Shown: positions 1 through 12,570, counted from the first letter of the stretch. The stretch: 33,896 nucleotides of DNA from Octopus bimaculoides (GCF_001194135.2 NC_068987.1:57566020-57599915), one strand, 5' to 3'. Notes: generated from the sequence alone by a model not told the origin. Numbers and translations are program-made.

Positions 1-205
1 TCTGTGTTTGTCCCCCCACCATCGCTTGACAACCGATGGTGGTGTGTTTACGACCCCGTAACTTAGCGGTCCGGCAAAAGAGACCGATAGAATAAGTACT
101 AGGCTTCCAAAGAATAAGTCCTGGGGTCGATTTGCTCGACTAAAGGCGGTGCTCCAGCATGGCCGCAGTCAAAATGACTGAAACAAGTAAAAGAGTAATA
201 GAGTA
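1..205 (+). mobile_element. 3' half of an abundant octopus-type tRNA-derived SINE
   Basis: Body gatagaataagtactaggct...ggcggtgctccagcatggccgcagtcaaaatgactgaaacaagtaaaagagta, repeated at about 3960-4150, 8580-8705 and 16930-17035. Confidence 0.85.
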
Positions 206-875
206 AACGACTTTAGTCACGGTCATAATAAAAAGCAATATTAGATTTTAATAAATCCTGTCCAAACAAGGTTGACACAAAATAAATAGAAAAGTTAAAA
301 AACTATATAAACGTGAGCAGAATATTGAGAAAAACACTAGGAAAAGCGAGTAAAAGAGCAAGCGTTTCTTGCTGTTCTTGACGTTGTTATTGCTGTTGTT
401 ATTGTGCTTTTATTGCAAATGTACTATTTGCGACAAAACATCAGAAAAAGAAAGATAACACTGGTCAGCAAAATTAAATGTATTATACTTATTATGAATG
501 CAAACCAACTTTTTTAGACTAATCTTTCACACTGATTACAAAATGTCACTCCATTTGATTGCAACACGTATAAGTTTTTCAGTACATACATGCGAATATT
601 TACACTAAGGGATAAAGGGCAAAGTTGATTTCTATGCCCTTTATCCCTTAGTGATCGATAGAATAAAGTAGCAATCCAGTTCTGCAGACGACGATATCGA
701 CATATTTTCCCCTAACAATTAGAAAGAATTATTATTATTTGTATTTACTTTATGAAGTTTGCAGTTTTGTATTATTTAAACGTGTTTTAAGCGTGGAAAA
801 ATATCTAGTTTGATTTTATGTTTACTATTACATGAATTTATTTATTTATTATTTTTTTTTAAATGCATATTTTAC

Positions 876-926
876 CTGTGAATTTGCGTGTGTAAACTGG
901 GAATGCATACAATGAGCTTCTCTGTC
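876..926 (-). other. Candidate 51-nt exon
   Basis: Long pyrimidine-rich tract ending ctcctag and donor CAG|gtaaaa. All three frames are open. No recognisable protein motif. Confidence 0.2.
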
Positions 927-1009
927 CTAGGAGTACGGAAAACACTCGGCGAGAAATGGGAGAAAATTTGAAGAAAGAAGAAAAAACCAACAACATAATA
1001 ATAACAATA

Positions 1010-1435
1010 ATAATAAAGAAAATAGAATGCATGGACAATTTCATAGAGATGTTGAATATAAAACAGACAGAGAAAAAGGATGGCTATAGATGACTAAAAT
1101 GATTTAAAACCGGAAACAGAGGCTCTAATCTGTGCTGCCCAAGAGAAACCACTAAAAGCAAACTACATAAAATACAGAATAGACAACACATCAGAAAGTG
1201 ATAAGTGCAGAATCTGTGGACAAAACGGTGAAACTGTATGGCATGTTACCAGCAAATGTACGCCACTAGCTCAGAAGGAATATAAGAGACGTTACGACAA
1301 TATAGCAAGGCTTGTCAATTGGAAACTTTGCAACAAGTATGGACTTGACAGAGCATAAAATTGGTACGACCACAAACCTGAAGGCATCATCAAAAATGAT
1401 AATGCAAAGCTACAGGGATTGAAACACGAACATCG
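1010..1435 (+). mobile_element. Non-LTR retrotransposon fragment, R4/Dong-like (CCHC zinc-knuckle region)
   Basis: Translates as DLKPETEALICAAQE...DKCRICGQNGETVWHVTSKC...YKRRYDNIARLVNWKLCNKYG...*NWYDHKPEG, with a stop and a frameshift. Confidence 0.85.
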
Positions 1436-1505
1436 TTTGTCAAACACAAAGGCAAGCACACACACACACACACACGTACAAATACACACCCACACATGTG
1501 GAAAG

Positions 1506-1538
<33 letters not shown>

Positions 1539-1874
1539 GTATGAGCGGGTGTATTCGTGCCATATTTATTAATGGTTATTTTTAATACTTTTCTCGTTGG
1601 ATTGCGTGTTCGTTTCTCTTTTTGCATCTGTGATTTTATTTTATTTTTGATCTACATAAATGAAGATATGTCCTCCGTCTGGCTGCTTTCCTTTCTTCAA
1701 AACGAGAAGAAATTACATTGCGGAACTGTTATTTTAACGAGTTGTATTTATTTATCACCCGATGGGATACATCTTCACCGCCGGGTGCTCCTGAACCAGT
1801 TGTTGAGTGTCCCACCCAGGAGGTATCGAGGCTAGATATGTCGAAAAAATTGATTAATAATAAATTCTCGTATA

Positions 1875-2033
1875 TTTCATCTTCCGTCTTTCATTTGTTA
1901 TATATAACCCACTCACAAAGCTTTGATCGGTCCAAGGCTATAGTAGAAAACACTTTTCCACGGTACTACGCAGTGTGACTGAATCAGAAACCATGTGGTC
2001 GGGAAGGAAATTTCTTACCAGACAGCCATACGC
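1875..2033 (-). mobile_element. 5' head of the same SINE family as 3714-4152
   Basis: The reverse complement matches the tRNA-like head and the ccttgggca..tcttctactatagcc segment of the 3714 copy. Confidence 0.75.
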
Positions 2034-2266
2034 TGTGTATTTGTTATGCAACGGAAGATATAACTCTATTATAACTATTTAAGTTGTTTTATTTTTTCTT
2101 TCCCACTGTCTCTATGTTTGTATATCTGCGTGCGTTTTTCCTAATGCGAATGTAGGAAAATGCGTCTTTGTGTCGTTCATGCTGATTTAACACATTTTAA
2201 CCTCTCCCTCTCTCGCCCTATCTCTTATCCCCTCTCTCTCTCTCTCTGTATGTGAAGAGGGGACGG

Positions 2267-2329
2267 GTTGAATCTACAAGTTGAATCTACGAGTTGAATC
2301 TACGAGTTGAATCTACGAGTTGAATCTAC
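2267..2329. repeat. 13-bp minisatellite (gttgaatctacga) x about 4.8
   Basis: Directly visible tandem units. Confidence 0.95.
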
Positions 2330-2885
2330 TTTGCAATGTTTCTCTCTCCCTCTCGTTCTCTACATTTTAATGTTTATACGAGCACACATGGGTGTGAATG
2401 CAGTGTACATGTGCATGTACATCTTGTGCATATGCGTATGTATTTGCCATAAGTGCCCCCAAAAAATGTCGCCAAAGAAAATCCTCATCAAAAGTGGTTT
2501 AGTAGTACCTAGACATCTATGCTGACCGGCACTCTAACAGATGCGCCCGGGCCCCCCATCTCATTTTTATGCAAACCCTAAGAACGAAACGAAAGGTCGA
2601 TTTTTGAGTAGGATCTACTGTTCTATTGCTTCTGCTGTCTAATAATTATTTCTAACAATCATTTATGGCCATAAATTTGTTGGCTTTTATTTTTTTTTCT
2701 TCAGTCATTGGACAACAGCCGTATAGGGGATCAATTACATCATATCCATCGACGCTAGAGAGATGAAAGTAAAGTTCAATCCCGGTGAGATTTGGACCCG
2801 GAACGAAGCGGGACGGAATTGGATACTTCGCATTTATTTCGAAACCGGGCTATTTAGGCTATTCATTTCTCCCATAACCATAATC

Positions 2886-2886
2886 C

Positions 2887-2940
<54 letters not shown>

Positions 2941-2942
2941 TT
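2886..2942. repeat. (TTA)n microsatellite
   Basis: Directly visible. It produces the poly-Tyr ORF artefact. Confidence 0.95.
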
Positions 2943-3713
2943 ATTGCTGTTGTTAACAACAACAACATAAAAGATCTATAGCGTTGTACCAGTAATGGAA
3001 AATACTTGAAAAGATTTCCTCCCCACTGGATATTGAAAACAAGCAATAAAAAAGTGCTTCCAATTATGGACCAACGGGACTGTCAAACATACCACAACAA
3101 GATAGGAAGAAGAAAAACATTTATAAAATCATATGGAAAACGAAAAACGAATGAAAGCTTCAAAGAAAACTGTTAATGAGGCTATTTTTAAATATTACTA
3201 ACTTGCTCGCATAACACTTGCATGTTTGATGCATTACATTCCAATTTTTTTTCGCGTTTGCATTTTGGTAAAATTGATAAAAATTGATAAAATTAATGAA
3301 CACAAATAAACATTGAGTGAAAATATTTAACATCTGAGATTTAAATATGCACTTCATAAAGAAGAAAAAATATTTTACGAAACATATTACGTATAAAGAA
3401 ATACATCATTATCATAATTAGGTGTCATCTGCTCTTAGCATATTGTGTATAAAGTATATCCATTCGGATATTTTTCTGCTATTCTTACACTTTTAGCATA
3501 TCATAGTTTAGTACAGCCCTTAATGTTATCAAACCCGTTTGTTCTAGGTCTTCCTTTAGAGCGTTTACCGTTTATCTTTTGTTCTGGTAATACATTTTTG
3601 AATGCCCTGTGCTCTTAATATCTAACCAAAATATTTTGGCTTCCTTCTTTAATAGCTGAGAGTACTGATCTTTTTGTATATGCTGGTAGCAGGTCGTTAG
3701 TTTTAACCTTCTT

Positions 3714-4152
3714 GTGACTGTGTGGTGAGAAGCTTGCACCCCAACCACATGGCTCCGAGCTCAGTCCCACTGCGTGGCACCTTGGGCAGGCGTCTTCTAC
3801 TATAGAGCCTCCGGCCGACCAAAGCCTTGTGAGTGGATTTGGTAAGCAGAAACGGAAAGAAGCCAGTTGTATATATATATATATATATNNNNNNNNNNNN
3901 NNNNNNNNNNNNNNNNNNNNNNNNNNNNNNNNNNNNNNNNNNNNNNNNNNNNNNNNNTCTATGTTTGTCCCCTCCCCATCGCTTGACAACCGATGTCGGT
4001 GTGTTTACATCTCCGTAACATAGCGCTTCAGCGAAAGAGACTGGTAAAATAAGTACTAGACTTACAAAGAATAATTCAAGTGTTTCGACTAAACTCTTTA
4101 AGGCGGTGCTCCAGGATGACTGCAGTAAAAATGATTGAAACAAGTAAAAGAA
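3714..4152 (+). mobile_element. Near full-length tRNA-derived SINE with a CORE-like motif and an internal (TA)n tract containing an N gap
   Basis: Degenerate A/B-box head (tgtggtgagaagc...gctcagtccc), ccttgggcag motif, internal microsatellite, and the shared 3' body ending gaaacaagtaaaaga. Confidence 0.85.
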
Positions 4153-4284
4153 TGTTTATATATCAAAAGCTCTTATTTTTTAAGATAATGTTTTCATCTA
4201 CGTCCATATCTCAGGCCATATAATAGTGTGGACTATATATAACATTCACGCAGCCTTTTTCGTTTTTATATGTTTATATGTGGT

Positions 4285-4690
4285 GTCAAAGCTTGCGACG
4301 TTTTTTCAAATGTTTTCCTTGAAATTTCTATTGTTCGTCTAATTTCAGTTTCACATTTATTATTTTCAGACTGCATAAAACCAATCCAGACCATGATCGA
4401 AATTTGTTCTATTGGTGATATATTTATGGATATATTGACATCAGGAGGTTTTACTATAATTTTGGTCGTTTTAGCATATACTTACATTCGATCTTTTCAT
4501 TGACTACATTGGCCAATTGCTGCAATTCGTTTGTGCTCAGTGTTAATAGTGCGGTATCATTTATACACCAGTTCTTGTTAAAGACTGACTCTGCCAATTA
4601 TAATTCCAGACATTTCTTCAACATCTCGGAATATTTAGGTGTATAATTTAAAGAGACAAGAAGATAACACGCATACTTATCTCTTTTCTT
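4285..4690 (-). mobile_element. Degraded RTE-like LINE reverse-transcriptase fragment
   Basis: YSEMLKKCLE...NDTALLTLSTNELQQLANVVNEK resembles the YADDTALL..EELQ.L..VNE motif. CETEIRRTIEISRKTFEK follows downstream. Confidence 0.7.
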
Positions 4691-5544
4691 TATTTTAAAC
4701 TCTGATGTTCTGTTCTTAACTGAAAATGTACAGACGCCTCCAAATCTAGACACAAAGCTATATTTGACATCCATATCCTAATCAGTCTGGAAACTGAATG
4801 TAATGAGGCTGGTAATAACCCTATAAACAGTACAGTACTAATTCCACAAAGTCTTTTCCTAAGGCATGAAATGAGCTTGGAAAAAAAACATAAGAAAAAC
4901 TCCAGATACTGTCCATGAGCAGGCAGAAGTATAAGTACCTATATACGAAGCCTTTCTAATTACAAGCAAAGTAAGCATAATTTATTGAACAAGGTATTCA
5001 TAACAGCAAATCTCAAAAAAAAAAAAAACAGCAACAATTTTCTTTCAAACACCGCAGATTTAAACATCAACACATAACTACTGCATAAATTTTATTCATA
5101 TTACCTAATTTGTACAATGAGACATCTTCTCTGAAAAAGGCAGCCTTCAGATCAAAGTTGTTTACTGCTCTAACCCAGATAGGCACAAAACTGACCTAAA
5201 TTTTCTAGGTTGAAACCCATGGTTTCATGACATTTACATATACTACTGTCAAACACACAAACACACACGCACACACGCACACACACACACACGAATGCAC
5301 ACATATGTGTGTGTGTGTGTGTGTGTTGCGAATGCACATATATGCGTGGTGCGCACGCGCATGTAGGTTTAGTCACGGGGTTGTATTGGCAAAATTTTTT
5401 TATTGAAAATGCTTTTTCAGAGAAGACGACACGCACTTAAGACAAAATGTATTGTGAATTGAGGCCATTACAATCAGTTTCATTATTCTAATTCCTGATA
5501 GAAATCATCAGAAGGTGATTAGTGATAAAAGCTATGACGTAGCA

Positions 5545-5548
<4 letters not shown>

Positions 5549-5602
<54 letters not shown>
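5549..5602. repeat. (TA)n microsatellite
   Basis: Directly visible. Confidence 0.95.
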
Positions 5603-5606
<4 letters not shown>

Positions 5607-6535
5607 AAGACGAGGGAATTATTCTTGAACCTGATGTCTCCTAGGTGTTCTGTAAATCATCCCAGGAAACATCGGTATGTACGTTCGATATATAGAGTAT
5701 AACCGAGGAAGTAAACAAAAAACAAACAAATAAATAAAAAACGCACTCATGCATACATATATGCACAGACTAAAAAGAACTACAATTACATACACAGCGC
5801 AACAGAAACACGACAGGAACACATACACTCAAAACATTTCCAAATATACACATAATCTCATTCTAAATCATCCTATGCATACGTCATATGCACTTATACA
5901 ATCACTTAACACTACTTTCACAACATACGCATGCAACATAAATAGTCTAAATAGAATATCAACACAAATTTACACACGTTGACTGTAAAATATGCATTTT
6001 GTTCATGACACTAAAATCAACGCACACAGCACATTTAACTCTCTAAAGATTCTGCCAGCTCATCGCCTAATACATTATTCCAAAATATTGACAGTAAGAG
6101 AAACAAATGAAATACGTGGCAGTCACAAAACATAAAAGATAAAGAAGCAGAAAACATGAAGAAGGAAAAGAACTATATTCAACAAAAAACTCCTATAAAA
6201 TCAGAATCAGTAATACATTTTATAACAAACTATAATAAAAACAACACGGAAATAATAATTCGACCAACGACATATTAACTAAGCATAGAATGTCGAACTG
6301 GTCACATGTTACTTGCATGAAAACCAACCTCGGGATCAACAACACGTCAGTTAAATGAATAGAGAGGTGGCCATGTTTGAGACAAGTGAGACATATATGT
6401 ATATATAGTTGAAGCTCCGATACATAGTAAAAAAATTGAAAATTCACAATCGTGCAATGCATGTAATCCGCGTGTATTTGATAAAGGAATGAATGACAGC
6501 CTTTTACAAATGAATGAAGGCATTCGCAGTAGGCA

Positions 6536-6620
6536 CTAAGCATCAGATGCGCTAGATTCATTTCTATAACATTTATGATTCTTATGAGGTCGGCAGCTAT
6601 GCAAAACAGATGGACTTGTT
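6536..6620 (-). CDS. Candidate terminal exon (I-TSPSVLHSCRPHKNHKCYRNESSASDA*)
   Basis: Strong acceptor (T-run then cag at 6621-6637). Phase-compatible with the 9303 exon and open for 27 codons to TAG. No homology support. Confidence 0.22.
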
Positions 6621-7889
6621 CTGAAAAAAAAAAAAAGACCAAGCATTCGGAGGTATTTTAGCACATGAATACAGAGTAAACATATCCTCTATATATTTTC
6701 ATTACACCTGACTGTTATTCCTGGCATGTTGTCATTGATACCCAGTGAAAGAGAATTATGGATAGAAACTATACAATATCGATCAAGCTGTTAAACCCAA
6801 AAGCTTTCACAAAAAGATCATCTATTTTATTGTGTGCAATTATAACTGGATGCCATTTTTTTTTTCATCCGAATACTTTTGATGTAGATGACATCAAATA
6901 AAAACAACTAGCTTTCTATATTGTTACCAGAACGGAAACGGCATCATAAAAGGATATTTGTAGAGTGATAGAAAATATTGATTTTTTCAATAGGCACAAA
7001 GCTTGTTGTTGGGAGAAAGTAATCATTGGCGGCTGGATTACTCCAGTATACTAATAGGACTTATTTTATTGACCCGGGATAAATGAATGAGTAATTGGAA
7101 CTCAGATATAGAGAGCCAACAGCAAAATGTTGAAACAAATATGGCTCAGTGCTCTTTTGTTAATAAAATACATTGTTCTTGAACATATGCTTTCGACAAA
7201 ATAGGTTGCTAGCATTTGAGGTTCTCTCTTATTAGATGTATTCGTCACTGTGCAACAGTTACAAAGCTTCCAGTTAAGTGCTCATGTGTCACTAAAATAA
7301 GAAGAAACAATAAACACACGTGGTTCATGTTTAATTGTTGAAATTGTGAAACACTAAAAAGCTGAATGGAATTCAGAAGACAGGACATAATATTTATATC
7401 AATATGCTGACATTTGTGAAAATATGTTTCTGGAGACAGTAAAAGTAGAATAATTTCTGTGATTTGTTTCGTTCCAAAGGATTTTTCATGATCTCAAGAA
7501 GAAAGTAAATATATATATAAAAAAAAACATGAATTACATTTGTACTTCATCTGTAACTTTAATAAATTTCTTTTTAAAGAAATAAATGTTAGTTGTTATC
7601 GAATTGATGTGGAAAGTGGTGTGAACTAGTAATACTAGAAGTTTGAATTAAGGTACATACACACAAACATATATAATATACATATATACATACATACATA
7701 TGTACATGCATACACACACATACGCACACACACAAGAAAGGGAGAAAGTGCGGAGGTGTGAAGAGAAGAAGTAGGTGTCAGAGCAAGAGAGGAGAGTAGA
7801 GGTGGGTAGGAGTGAAGAGAAGAAGTAGGTGTCAGATGAAGAGAGGAGAGAGAGGGAGTCAGGTGAAGAGAGGAGGGAGTTGAGCCCAT

Positions 7890-8575
7890 GTGGGGCAAAG
7901 AAGCGAAGAGAGAAGATTAAAATTATGTTCACGGCGAAGACAGGAGTCCAGATGGACCCGGTCAAAGACAATCCGAACACAGACAGGTGTTGTAGTGAAT
8001 AACCGGTAGAGCGGAATTGGCGCGAGACACGGGTTTCATTGCTAGGTCTGATGTCTCGGAGGTGCTCAGCGAATCGGTCGGCCAAGCGGCGTCCCGTTTG
8101 ACCTATGTACAGAGAAGGGCAGAAAGAGCAGAATATGCTGTAAATGACGTTGCTAGAAGTGCAAGTAAAGGAGTAGGTGACATGATAGTAACGATGATGG
8201 GTGTCTGTGAGAATGATAGTGTTGAAGAGGTAGGGAACAGGGGAAGGAGCCAGGCTGGGAGGTGGAGCTAAGTAAGAAAGTGTGGACCAGGAGGTCACGC
8301 AGGTTATGGGCTCGTTTGAAGGAGGGAAGGAATAGGTTGGGGAAGATATGCGAGGTGGAGGGGTCGGACTGAAGTCTCCAGAAAGCTCGGAGAATGGTGC
8401 ACTGGAGGGGCAGAGTGGAGGGGTGGTGAGGGGGAAATGAGAGACGTGCAACAGCGGTGAGGGTGCAGAGAGAGCAGAGGCACGGTGCACGGAACATGCT
8501 CTGGCAAGGGCTATGTGGATAGTGGTGAGGGTATATCCACGAAGGATGAAGTGGCGAGCCATGAGTTGTGACATA
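7890..8575 (-). mobile_element. Penelope-like element fragment (RT thumb/linker plus GIY-YIG endonuclease), frameshifted
   Basis: HFILRGY...; FKRAHNLRDLLVH; FTCTSSNVIYSIFCSFCPSLYIGQTGRRLADRFAEHLRDI. Confidence 0.92.
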
Positions 8576-8577
8576 GT

Positions 8578-8708
8578 TGTTCGGCCAGAGAGCTCGATAG
8601 AATAAGTACTAGACTTACAAAGAATAAGCTCTGGGGTAGATTTCTTAACTAAAACCCTTCAAGGCGGCGCTCCAGCATGGCCACAGTCAAATGACTAAAA
8701 GAGTAAAT
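8578..8708 (+). mobile_element. SINE 3' fragment abutting the Penelope fragment
   Basis: Same body as 1-205. Confidence 0.8.
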
Positions 8709-9302
8709 ATATGTGTGTATGTGTGTGTGTATGAGAGAGAGATTGAGAGCGGGAGAGAGTGTGTGTTCGATTAGAATTCTGTTTTGAGCAGAACTTATTT
8801 CTTTTTAATTAGGTCTGTGAATTTATAAAAATTTGTTCCAGGGTAAACCTCCAGCAATATTTACAAAACTGATTTAAACAAGCATATTACATTGTTGGAT
8901 ACGAATTAGAATGTCGAATAAGTATTCATTTTAAAATAGATTACAAACGGGAAAGTTTCAACTGAAATTATATCCTTTGAATGTCACGCTGTAATAAAAC
9001 TAAAACCCAACTTCGATTTGAAAAGAATAAAGGCAATTAATATAAATAGTTTGAAATATATGCGTTCAAGATAAAACAGAAGCAGCTATCAGCGATATGG
9101 TCGCAGGCTCTTGTTCTTTGATAATGAAATTATAAATGATTATTTCAATAATTGCTTTATATCAACCAAATCAGTCTTTAATAATATTGTCTTGAACATT
9201 ATTTATTGTAACAATTGTTGTTTCAAATTGCAGAACTGTAAATTTAAAACGAATATTGCATTGCATGCAATATGCGTAAAGTGAAAAAAGGAAATTACTT
9301 AC

Positions 9303-9374
9303 ATCTGTTTCAGGCCAGTTAAATTTGCAAATGTGAAATTAAGCAGTTCACTGATTCGGTTTCTTGCTAATGAC
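9303..9374 (-). CDS. Internal coding exon of the same LRR protein (L-SLARNRISELLNFTFANLTGLKQ)
   Basis: Acceptor ctattattttcttttag, donor gtaagt, 72 nt, phase 2-2. The junction CT|G with the 12821 exon gives NLKSLSLARNRI, a correct LRR register. Confidence 0.9.
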
Positions 9375-9784
9375 CTAAAAGAAAATAATAGATAAATAAA
9401 TTTAGTTTTCGTATTTCAAAAATATTGATATTAGATTGCCATTCTACAAAAATATTTATTCAAAATTTTCATTTTTATTATCATAATCAACAATTACATT
9501 TTGTTTAATTATATTCCTTGCTAAAATTTAATCAAACTTAGAGCAATTGTTTGTTAAACTGTTTTCGAGACAAAGAATCGATTTGATAGAAAAATGATGA
9601 GTTTCATGATAAGAAATCAAAAATCCATATTTTAGAATAAAATAATATATGAACTTAAACGTGTATCATTGTAATATTTTAGATTTATATTATAGTAATT
9701 AGAAGATAAACGTTCCAATAAGTTAGATAAATTTCGCTCTTACACACGCAGACACACATAATAACTATATGAGTGGTTGTCTGT

Positions 9785-9786
9785 AG

Positions 9787-9841
<55 letters not shown>

Positions 9842-10066
9842 TGTGTGTGTATGTATATATATATATCTATATATGTACGTATATATGTATGTATGTATAT
9901 ATATATATGTACGTAAATATGTGTGCATTTATATATGTATATATATGTACATATATGCATATATATATATGTATATATAAATATATATTATATATGCATA
10001 CATATACAGACACACACACAAACACACACACACACACACACATACACACACACACATACACATATA
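9785..10066. repeat. Compound (TA)/(TG)/(CA) microsatellite
   Basis: Directly visible. Confidence 0.95.
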
Positions 10067-11386
10067 TAGGGTGCGGTGAATAAATTGTCGTCTAACTTTC
10101 GCAAAAACGAGAGTGACATTGACATCTCATTTTAACAGATATATTTATCAAAATTTCATTAAAATATCTTGAAATACTAGAGAGTACATTTATTCAATAA
10201 AATCGCCATTGGCTTCAATCACGGCCTCCAGGCGACTTCAGAATCTCCTGCAACTCTTCTTCTGGACGGTCTCCTAGTTTAAGTTGGTGAATGTTGCCAT
10301 AATCCTCGCCTTCAGTTCGTCTTTGGTATTACAAGGAGTTTTGTTGGTCTCTTGCTCAACTGCATACCACACTTAATAATCAAGAGGATTGTAGTCTGGG
10401 GAGTTAGGAGGCTAGATATTAGGGGTGATGTGGTCTCAGAAATTGTCTGACAGCCATGACTGGGTTCTCCTGCTTGTGTGGTATGGTGCAGAGTCCTCTT
10501 GCCAGACACAGGGTCTTCCAGTAGCCACTCTCTTGACCCAAGGCAGCACTACCTCCTCCAGGCACTTGAGGTAGGCCTCCTCCAGGCAGTTGATGTAGGC
10601 CTCCTCCAGGCAGTTGATGTAGGCCTCCTCCAGGCAGTTGATGTGGAGTCTGAGGCCTTGTGGGAAGATGGATGGAGGGCTAATGTCGCCATCACTACTG
10701 ATCAATCCAAACACCATGATGTTGATTGGAGGCTTGATTTATATCACTCTCGGCACATGTTTTTGGGACACGGTAAGCCAACGACTGTTCTGAGTGTTCA
10801 CTATCTGCTCCTGGCAGAAATTTTTCTCCTCTGAGAAAAATCAAAGCATGTTCAGTTGGAGGGGTGCTTCAGTTTGTTCAAAAGCTTCGTAGCGCAGTCT
10901 TTCCTCGTATCCTTGATGACTTAGGATAGAGATAGGACCTTTCTTATCTTGTATGAAGAATACCGAATGTTTTCATACACTACCTACCTGATGAGAAACT
11001 CAGACCCTCCCATGTGCCTAGCGACGGAGCTAATTGACTTGGCGGAGTCGTTGTCAATTATGACCTCGATCTCACCAACAAATTCAGGAGTTCTTTTCTT
11101 ATCAGAACGATCAGAGTTAGTTATCCGAGCTACCATGCCTTCGTAATCACCATTAGACACATCCAACTCTTTCTGAACCCTCTGTACTGTCCTCAGGTTG
11201 ACACCCAAACACTATAAAATGTTCGTATTGGAGCTTCTGACGCCAATGGCAGTACAGCATGTCGTTTCCAAGTTCCCAAATTCCTGGCTGAGTAAATTGG
11301 CATCATGGTGCTGTTTTTCTCACAAACGGTGCGCAACTGACCCTACTACACTGTTTAGTCGACAAAATCAAAAGCAACGTGCATTC
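10067..11386 (-). mobile_element. DD37D (maT) transposon of the IS630-Tc1-mariner superfamily, decayed
   Basis: GVNLRTVQR HTH region; WQEDSAPYHTSRRTQSWLSDNF*DHITPNI*PPNSPDYNPLDY gives exactly 37 residues between the second and third catalytic Asp. Diverged TIR cores ttgtcg(t/a)ctaa occur at both ends. Multiple stops. Confidence 0.9.
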
Positions 11387-11727
11387 NNNNNNNNNNNNNN
11401 NNNNNNNNNNNNNNNNNNNNNNNNNNNNNNNNNNNNNNNNNNNNNNNNNNNNNNNNNNNNNNNNNNNNNNNNNNNNNNNNNNNNNNNNNNNNNNNNNNNN
11501 NNNNNNNNNNNNNNNNNNNNNNNNNNNNNNNNNNNNNNNNNNNNNNNNNNNNNNNNNNNNNNNNNNNNNNNNNNNNNNNNNNNNNNNNNNNNNNNNNNNN
11601 NNNNNNNNNNNNNNNNNNNNNNNNNNNNNNNNNNNNNNNNNNNNNNNNNNNNNNNNNNNNNNNNNNNNNNNNNNNNNNNNNNNNNNNNNNNNNNNNNNNN
11701 NNNNNNNNNNNNNNNNNNNNNNNNNNN

Positions 11728-11778
<51 letters not shown>

Positions 11779-11874
11779 GTATGCATATGTATATATATAT
11801 ATATATACGTATGTATGTATATATATATATATATATATGTATGTATATATATGTAAAAAATATTCGCACATTCA

Positions 11875-12385
11875 CTCCTCTGGCCGTATGTACACAGGAA
11901 GAACAAAGATCAGTGATCCGATTTCTCTGGTCTGAAGGCGTCAAGAGCTGCAATTCATCGCTGGATTTCAGTACAATACGAGGACTGCTCTCTACCGCGT
12001 CGAAGTGTGTATGAGTGTTCTAAAAGTTTAAAAATAGCCGGAGAAGTGTGAGCACAGGAAGTCCATCATTCCTCACCACTGCCTCAACATGCCAAGAGAT
12101 GGTGTGGGTGAATTGTCGAGTTACCATCGATGTGATAGCATGTTCTCTGTAAATTAGTCAAGGTTCCGCGTATGAAATAATCCACGTCAAGTTTCGCTTC
12201 CATAAAGTCTGTTCGAGATGTGTGCCAACAGAGCTTACTGAAGCGCATAAGCGTATTCGTGCGAAAATGAAGGCTACAACGATGAAGGCGAAGCTTCTTT
12301 AGAGAGAATAATCACCGGACATGATATCTGTGTCTATCACTTTGGGGCAGTATGTGAAAGGTAGAGTATGGAGTAGAAACAGCCA
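11875..12385 (+). mobile_element. mariner transposase 5' fragment (pseudogenised)
   Basis: [18 protein letters not shown]...FHKVCSRCVPTELTEAHKR...LERIITG, with frameshifts. Confidence 0.85.
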
Positions 12386-12429
12386 GAATATAAGCATGCA
12401 TTATATGCACACAGTCAGCTTATACATAC

Positions 12430-12477
12430 ACTCACACACACGCACACTGTTAGCTTATACATACACTCACACACACG

Positions 12478-12564
<87 letters not shown>

Positions 12565-12570
12565 CGTCTC
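12430..12570. repeat. (CA)n followed by (CT)n microsatellite
   Basis: Directly visible. Confidence 0.95.

Noticed and set aside
2267-2329. CRISPR-like repeat array
   Set aside because: Units are contiguous with no spacers, in eukaryotic context.
3714-3800. tRNA gene candidates at the SINE heads (also 19327 and about 18200)
   Set aside because: Degenerate A/B boxes, no complete cloverleaf, and continuous with SINE bodies.
4486-4590. 105-nt symmetrical exon-like segment with a gtaagt donor and an LRR-like LLTLSTNELQQL
   Set aside because: Homology to an RTE reverse transcriptase (DTALL motif) continues through both supposed splice sites, so it is a LINE remnant.
5461-5520. Minus-strand CTGATGA...GAAAC motif
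   Set aside because: No stem I pairing.
6220-6642. 140-aa hydrophobic ORF as a 7TM domain
   Set aside because: No GPCR motifs, and its start lies in a poly-T splice tract.
7172-7291. 120-nt minus-strand segment behind a good acceptor
   Set aside because: All three frames contain stop codons.
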